The position numbers were made by a program, and so were the translations under genes. Shown piece after piece: positions 60,394-64,000 of a stretch of 64,000 nt of DNA. Below the pieces are notes generated by a model, which was not told where the DNA came from, ran no database searches, and was given only the letters and a program-made list of their open reading frames with translations. Position 1 is the stretch's first letter; each line of letters starts with the position of its first letter. This DNA comes from Clostridia bacterium (lineage in GTDB: Bacteria > CBDUZB01 > JAGLHV01): positions 268-64,267 of the forward strand of contig DAOVVV010000009.1 of assembly GCA_030637025.1 (NCBI GenBank), in the 5' to 3' direction.

Positions 60394-61739
60394 TTTTCAC
60401 TACCTTGCATTTTTTTCATTAAAGAGTAGAGAAAAAAACTTATGCCTGAAACCAACAATATTACTATACTCATAAGTATAATTTTTTCAATTCGTTCTTT
60501 CGTCCCTTTTGATAGCTGAGGATTAAAATTCTCATTAGATAAAATATCAGATTTTGATAGTTTTGTATAGTTCTGTTTATACCAGTTATTTCTATGAATA
60601 AACCTGGATAAATCGTACTCCGGTTTATTAACATTGGTATTACCAAAACATAAAAGGTGTTGGGTATCATCATTAAGGGCAACAAAATAAAGATTTTTCT
60701 GAACCCATTTAAAAGTGATACTTTTAATCTCCAGAGGAGGATTATTTTTGTTTTCTATAACCAATTTATAAAAATTATGTTTTAATGATGAAAAGCAAAG
60801 ATAATTCTTCACCTCTGTTACTTCGGATAAATTAAATGTATATATCACTCCGTTAGTCAGTACTCTATAAGAATCAGGCTTTCCTGTATCACTACCGTAT
60901 ACTTTTACCCGGCGATAATAATAGGCATTACCGATATCAAAGTATATTTTCTTCACCGGTAATCCTGCCTCTATTTTAATAATTGTATCCCCTTTTTTGT
61001 CAAGAGAGGAATCAATACCGGCAAATACATTCCTATCATAAATTATACTTCTTTCTGTATTGAATTTTCCGATAATAGAATTTATCTGTAATTTTTTGTT
61101 TTTTAGATTATCAACGCTGAATTCAAGCTGCTCATATTTCAATTTTATAGATTGCCGGCCGCCTTTTTGTTTTTTGCAGTCAGTAAGAACAATACGATAA
61201 AAAGGATAACTCACATTTTTAAATTTTATCTCTGTCTTTCGCAAATTAACCTGAGAGGAGAAATCATAGATAGTATCTTTTTTAATTAATACCCACTTTT
61301 TACCGTCATCGCTTCCGCTTACTTTGACTCTTTTATTAAAATCACGCTCTCTTATATTCAGGTAAAGGGTATTAATTCGGATGTTTTTCTCCTCTTTTAA
61401 AGTCGACAGGGTAATCACGGCAGAACTTTCATCATAATAGTACTTTTTAATTTTAAGCTGGTGTGTTTTATCCTGGTCCAAGATATAATTATAATCTAAA
61501 ATTACATACGGAATTTCATCACTATTGGAATTAAATACCCTGATGTCTTTACAATCCGGGGTACATTTTTGCAAAATATCACCGGTTAAATGAACCTGAT
61601 AAATATTGTCCCTGGTTACTACTTCTTCAAGCCCAAGATAATACTCAAAATTTTTAGGCTTTAAAGATGTCGAAACATCAGCTGAAAAAACAATCCCGGG
61701 GAAAAACAAAAAACAAACCCAGACAATTAAATTTTTCAT
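60390..61739 (-). CDS. DUF3999-like exported protein with C-terminal membrane anchor
   Basis: Signal peptide; DIRVFN..EIPY, NNPPL, FGN...PEYDL; adjacent to DUF2339. Confidence 0.7.
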   Translation of the reverse strand: MKNLIVWVCFLFFPGIVFSADVSTSLKPKNFEYYLGLEEVVTRDNIYQVHLTGDILQKCTPDCKDIRVFNSNSDEIPYVILDYNYILDQDKTHQLKIKKYYYDESSAVITLSTLKEEKNIRINTLYLNIRERDFNKRVKVSGSDDGKKWVLIKKDTIYDFSSQVNLRKTEIKFKNVSYPFYRIVLTDCKKQKGGRQSIKLKYEQLEFSVDNLKNKKLQINSIIGKFNTERSIIYDRNVFAGIDSSLDKKGDTIIKIEAGLPVKKIYFDIGNAYYYRRVKVYGSDTGKPDSYRVLTNGVIYTFNLSEVTEVKNYLCFSSLKHNFYKLVIENKNNPPLEIKSITFKWVQKNLYFVALNDDTQHLLCFGNTNVNKPEYDLSRFIHRNNWYKQNYTKLSKSDILSNENFNPQLSKGTKERIEKIILMSIVILLVSGISFFLYSLMKKMQGSEK

Positions 61740-63688
61740 TACTTTTCCTCCTTTTCTTTATTATTGGAAATGGCCTCAATCAACTTGTTTTTATATTTAT
61801 AATATAAAAAAGATACATGGATAAGCACCATGCCCAAAATAATAAACGATAGGACTCTATACGGAGTACTAATATTGGAAATATCGACAAAGAATACTTT
61901 CATAATAGTAATGATAAATAAAACAATAGCAATTCTCCTAAACATAGAATTATTTTCTTTAAATCCCTTGACCATTAACACTACCGAAAAAACTGTCCAT
62001 AAAACCGATATTGCCGCAAACCGGGCAACCAATAAATAATCATGAAAAAAGGCAGCTGTTTCAATATTCAGCACAATAAAAAGCATTGCACCCCAGACGG
62101 CATATATTCCGGAAGAATTTCTTATGCTTAACTTTGGCGCTAATTGCGATAAAGATTTTCCTGATACATATTGATCTCCAATTTTTTTTATCATACAGGC
62201 AAACAAATATGCACCACCCAACAAAAAGAATAAGGTTAAATAACGCTCAATAATCATATACCCATAGGAAGGTTTTATATACCATCCATATACGCGAAGT
62301 TTAAAAATTGACCCGTAATCATAAAATAAGAATTTATATAATGTCATTACAAAAAGTAAATATGACCCTTTAACCAGACTGCTCCGTTTTAATTTACTGC
62401 CTAACCAGAACAACATCATTACCTGAGCCATCCAGAAAATACTAATCCAGTGTTCTGAAAATATTATGGGAACGGTAATAACTAAAAAAAATGCCGATTT
62501 TGCAACAAGGATAACAAAACCGTCTATACGATGCATATTTTTTTTATATAGGTAATTAGCCATCAAGAGAAAAATAGCAGCATAGATAATGGTTACCACG
62601 CTAACCCACTCTACGGCAAAACGCTGTTTAATCATAAAAAAACTATAAGCAAAAACGATAAAAGAATTAAACATCATTATATAAAACCCATTCATCTTTT
62701 CTGTAATATTTTCTCTGAGTTGATAAGCAAAAGGAATAAGAGTATACATCAGATAAAAAATATTAAGGAAAATCATGGTAATCCAGAATTTGTCTAAAGA
62801 ATAATAATTCATACACCAGATACTAAATAAAAGATAGGTGAAACTAAAACCCAATACATTAAGCAATTCCCATTTTTTTTGAAAAGCTATTACCAATAAC
62901 CCACTGTTAAGAACTACCATATAGACCATCAAGGCCACCTGATTATCCTGTCCTGTAGTGAGTAAAATCGGAGTTAGGAATCCTCCCACCAGCCCTAATA
63001 CCGCCAGCCATTTGGTATTGTAAAAAATAGACAAAGCAGACACTAACAGCGTAACCAAAATCATCAATACCATGGATAAGGTGGAATTGAATAAGCGATA
63101 AAGCTGAAAACCGGCAAAGGTAGCAGAATAGAGTATTGCTATTCCACCTCCGTATATATATAAACCTAACCTTCTAAAATTTTTTTGTATTAATTTATTA
63201 GCAGTAAAAAGAAAACCTATACCAAACAAATAACTCATCGCTACCCGGCCGGAAGGGCCAATCCATCCTCTTTCAAATGAATATTTAAGATAATAACCAA
63301 CACCGAAAATAGTCAATACTATTCCTATAATGAGCAGCCACTTCTGTCCAAAACGGATTTCCAGATTAGAATGGGCAGTCTTTTTATCAAACTTAACCTG
63401 TTCTACTGTTTCAACCTTCTGTTTAATCTCTTCTTTTTCCTCAGGAACAATCATTGCCAGATTTTTTAAATCACTGTTCAACATCTCTTCATACTGTTTT
63501 ATTTTAGTATCAAGAATTTCCAATTCCTGCTGGAAGTCACGCTTAAGCAGCCATAGTTTATTAAACTGATTTTTTAAACCAAAATAAACAGAAAGCTTAT
63601 TAAAAATATCCTTGTTAAAGACATACCCGCAAACCTTACAAGAATTCTCGGAAACGACCATTTCCTTCTTACATTTAGGACATTTCAT
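61739..63688 (-). CDS. DUF2339-family polytopic membrane protein with N-terminal zinc ribbon
   Basis: CPKC...CKVC; LEIRFGQKWL, GWIGP.GR, GGFLTPIL, KVFFVD motifs. Confidence 0.85.
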   Translation of the reverse strand: MKCPKCKKEMVVSENSCKVCGYVFNKDIFNKLSVYFGLKNQFNKLWLLKRDFQQELEILDTKIKQYEEMLNSDLKNLAMIVPEEKEEIKQKVETVEQVKFDKKTAHSNLEIRFGQKWLLIIGIVLTIFGVGYYLKYSFERGWIGPSGRVAMSYLFGIGFLFTANKLIQKNFRRLGLYIYGGGIAILYSATFAGFQLYRLFNSTLSMVLMILVTLLVSALSIFYNTKWLAVLGLVGGFLTPILLTTGQDNQVALMVYMVVLNSGLLVIAFQKKWELLNVLGFSFTYLLFSIWCMNYYSLDKFWITMIFLNIFYLMYTLIPFAYQLRENITEKMNGFYIMMFNSFIVFAYSFFMIKQRFAVEWVSVVTIIYAAIFLLMANYLYKKNMHRIDGFVILVAKSAFFLVITVPIIFSEHWISIFWMAQVMMLFWLGSKLKRSSLVKGSYLLFVMTLYKFLFYDYGSIFKLRVYGWYIKPSYGYMIIERYLTLFFLLGGAYLFACMIKKIGDQYVSGKSLSQLAPKLSIRNSSGIYAVWGAMLFIVLNIETAAFFHDYLLVARFAAISVLWTVFSVVLMVKGFKENNSMFRRIAIVLFIITIMKVFFVDISNISTPYRVLSFIILGMVLIHVSFLYYKYKNKLIEAISNNKEKEEK

Positions 63689-63713
63689 AATTTATTCTCC
63701 CTCCTTTTATTTA

Positions 63714-63826
63714 GTAATGTCAAAAATGTTTGACATTATGACACAGTCTGTTCGCAGAAATGACAATAAGTGTATTTTAATGTAATCTTGTGTTTTCATT
63801 TTCTTTCATTCATTTTTTGACATTAC
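63714..63826. repeat. Palindrome plus relic MITE/REP junction upstream of DUF2339
   Basis: aatgtcaaa-N4-tttgacatt 63716-63737; ttatgacacagtct-g-ttcgcagaaatgac 63736-63764; cattttttgacattac 63811-63826. Confidence 0.6.
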
Positions 63827-63865
63827 CTTTTATTTTTCAATAAAATATAATAATTATAAATTTCT

Positions 63866-64000
63866 TTATTGAACAGCATTACTAATTAGGGTAATAAACT
63901 TATCCAGCTCTTTTAAATCCGAAGAGCTAAAATCTCTGATCAGTGTTCCTACCTTTTTAAAATATTCCTTTTCAACCTTTTCCACCAAGTCCTTTCCTTT
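63866..64000 (-). CDS. C-terminal fragment of a probable MarR-family regulator (window edge)
   Basis: KGKDLVEKVEKEYFKKVGTLIRDFSSSDLKELDKFITLISNAVQ*, matching the MarR C-terminal helices. Confidence 0.6.
   Translation of the reverse strand, partial: KGKDLVEKVEKEYFKKVGTLIRDFSSSDLKELDKFITLISNAVQ

Noticed and set aside
1838-63569. Plus-strand ORFs and short nested minus-strand ORFs in the track (e.g. 51505-52017, 58106-58561, 7200-7382)
   Set aside because: They are antisense or off-frame shadows of well-supported genes, with no recognisable motifs.
1-64000. Autonomous transposase, RAYT, reverse transcriptase, prophage, defence genes or an alternative genetic code
   Set aside because: No ORF has such motifs, and conserved genes translate full-length under the standard code with TAA, TAG and TGA stops.

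Overview
A 64 kb AT-rich bacterial window, probably from a diderm (it has an LptD-like gene and wzz). Every credible gene is on the minus strand. In transcription order it runs: partial MarR, DUF2339, DUF3999-like, alpha/beta hydrolase, roadblock, rpmE-DUF1385-prfA-prmC-murA, a partial his cluster (hisD,B,A,I), a complete trp cluster (E,G,D,C,F,B,A), accD-folC, a MalK-type ATPase, a ROK kinase, LptD-like, then a ~36 kb surface-polysaccharide locus (wzz, rmlACBD, ugd, UXS, epimerases, an EPS-type MarR regulator heading an AT-richer cassette, two flippases, two Wzy/ligase-like proteins, many glycosyltransferases, gmd, a priming transferase). The genes are mostly ordinary; the unusual signal is intergenic. 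Nearly every larger spacer is built from small non-coding elements: (i) a 158-bp long-hairpin element in 4 copies (three in tandem, 184-bp period) with a compensatory base-pair change and G.T wobbles favouring the + strand, antisense to the genes; (ii) REP-like doublets nested inside MITE-like elements with TIRs and 10-15 bp target duplications; (iii) 13-34 nt 'CYTG + hairpin' micro-inserts, two of which can be removed precisely to restore the host hairpin; (iv) shuffled heptamer/nonamer tandem modules shared between his, trp and rml spacers. No transposase, RAYT, RT, Cas, tRNA or rRNA gene was seen. All alignments and base-pairings were made by eye, and family names come from motif recognition, not database searches.
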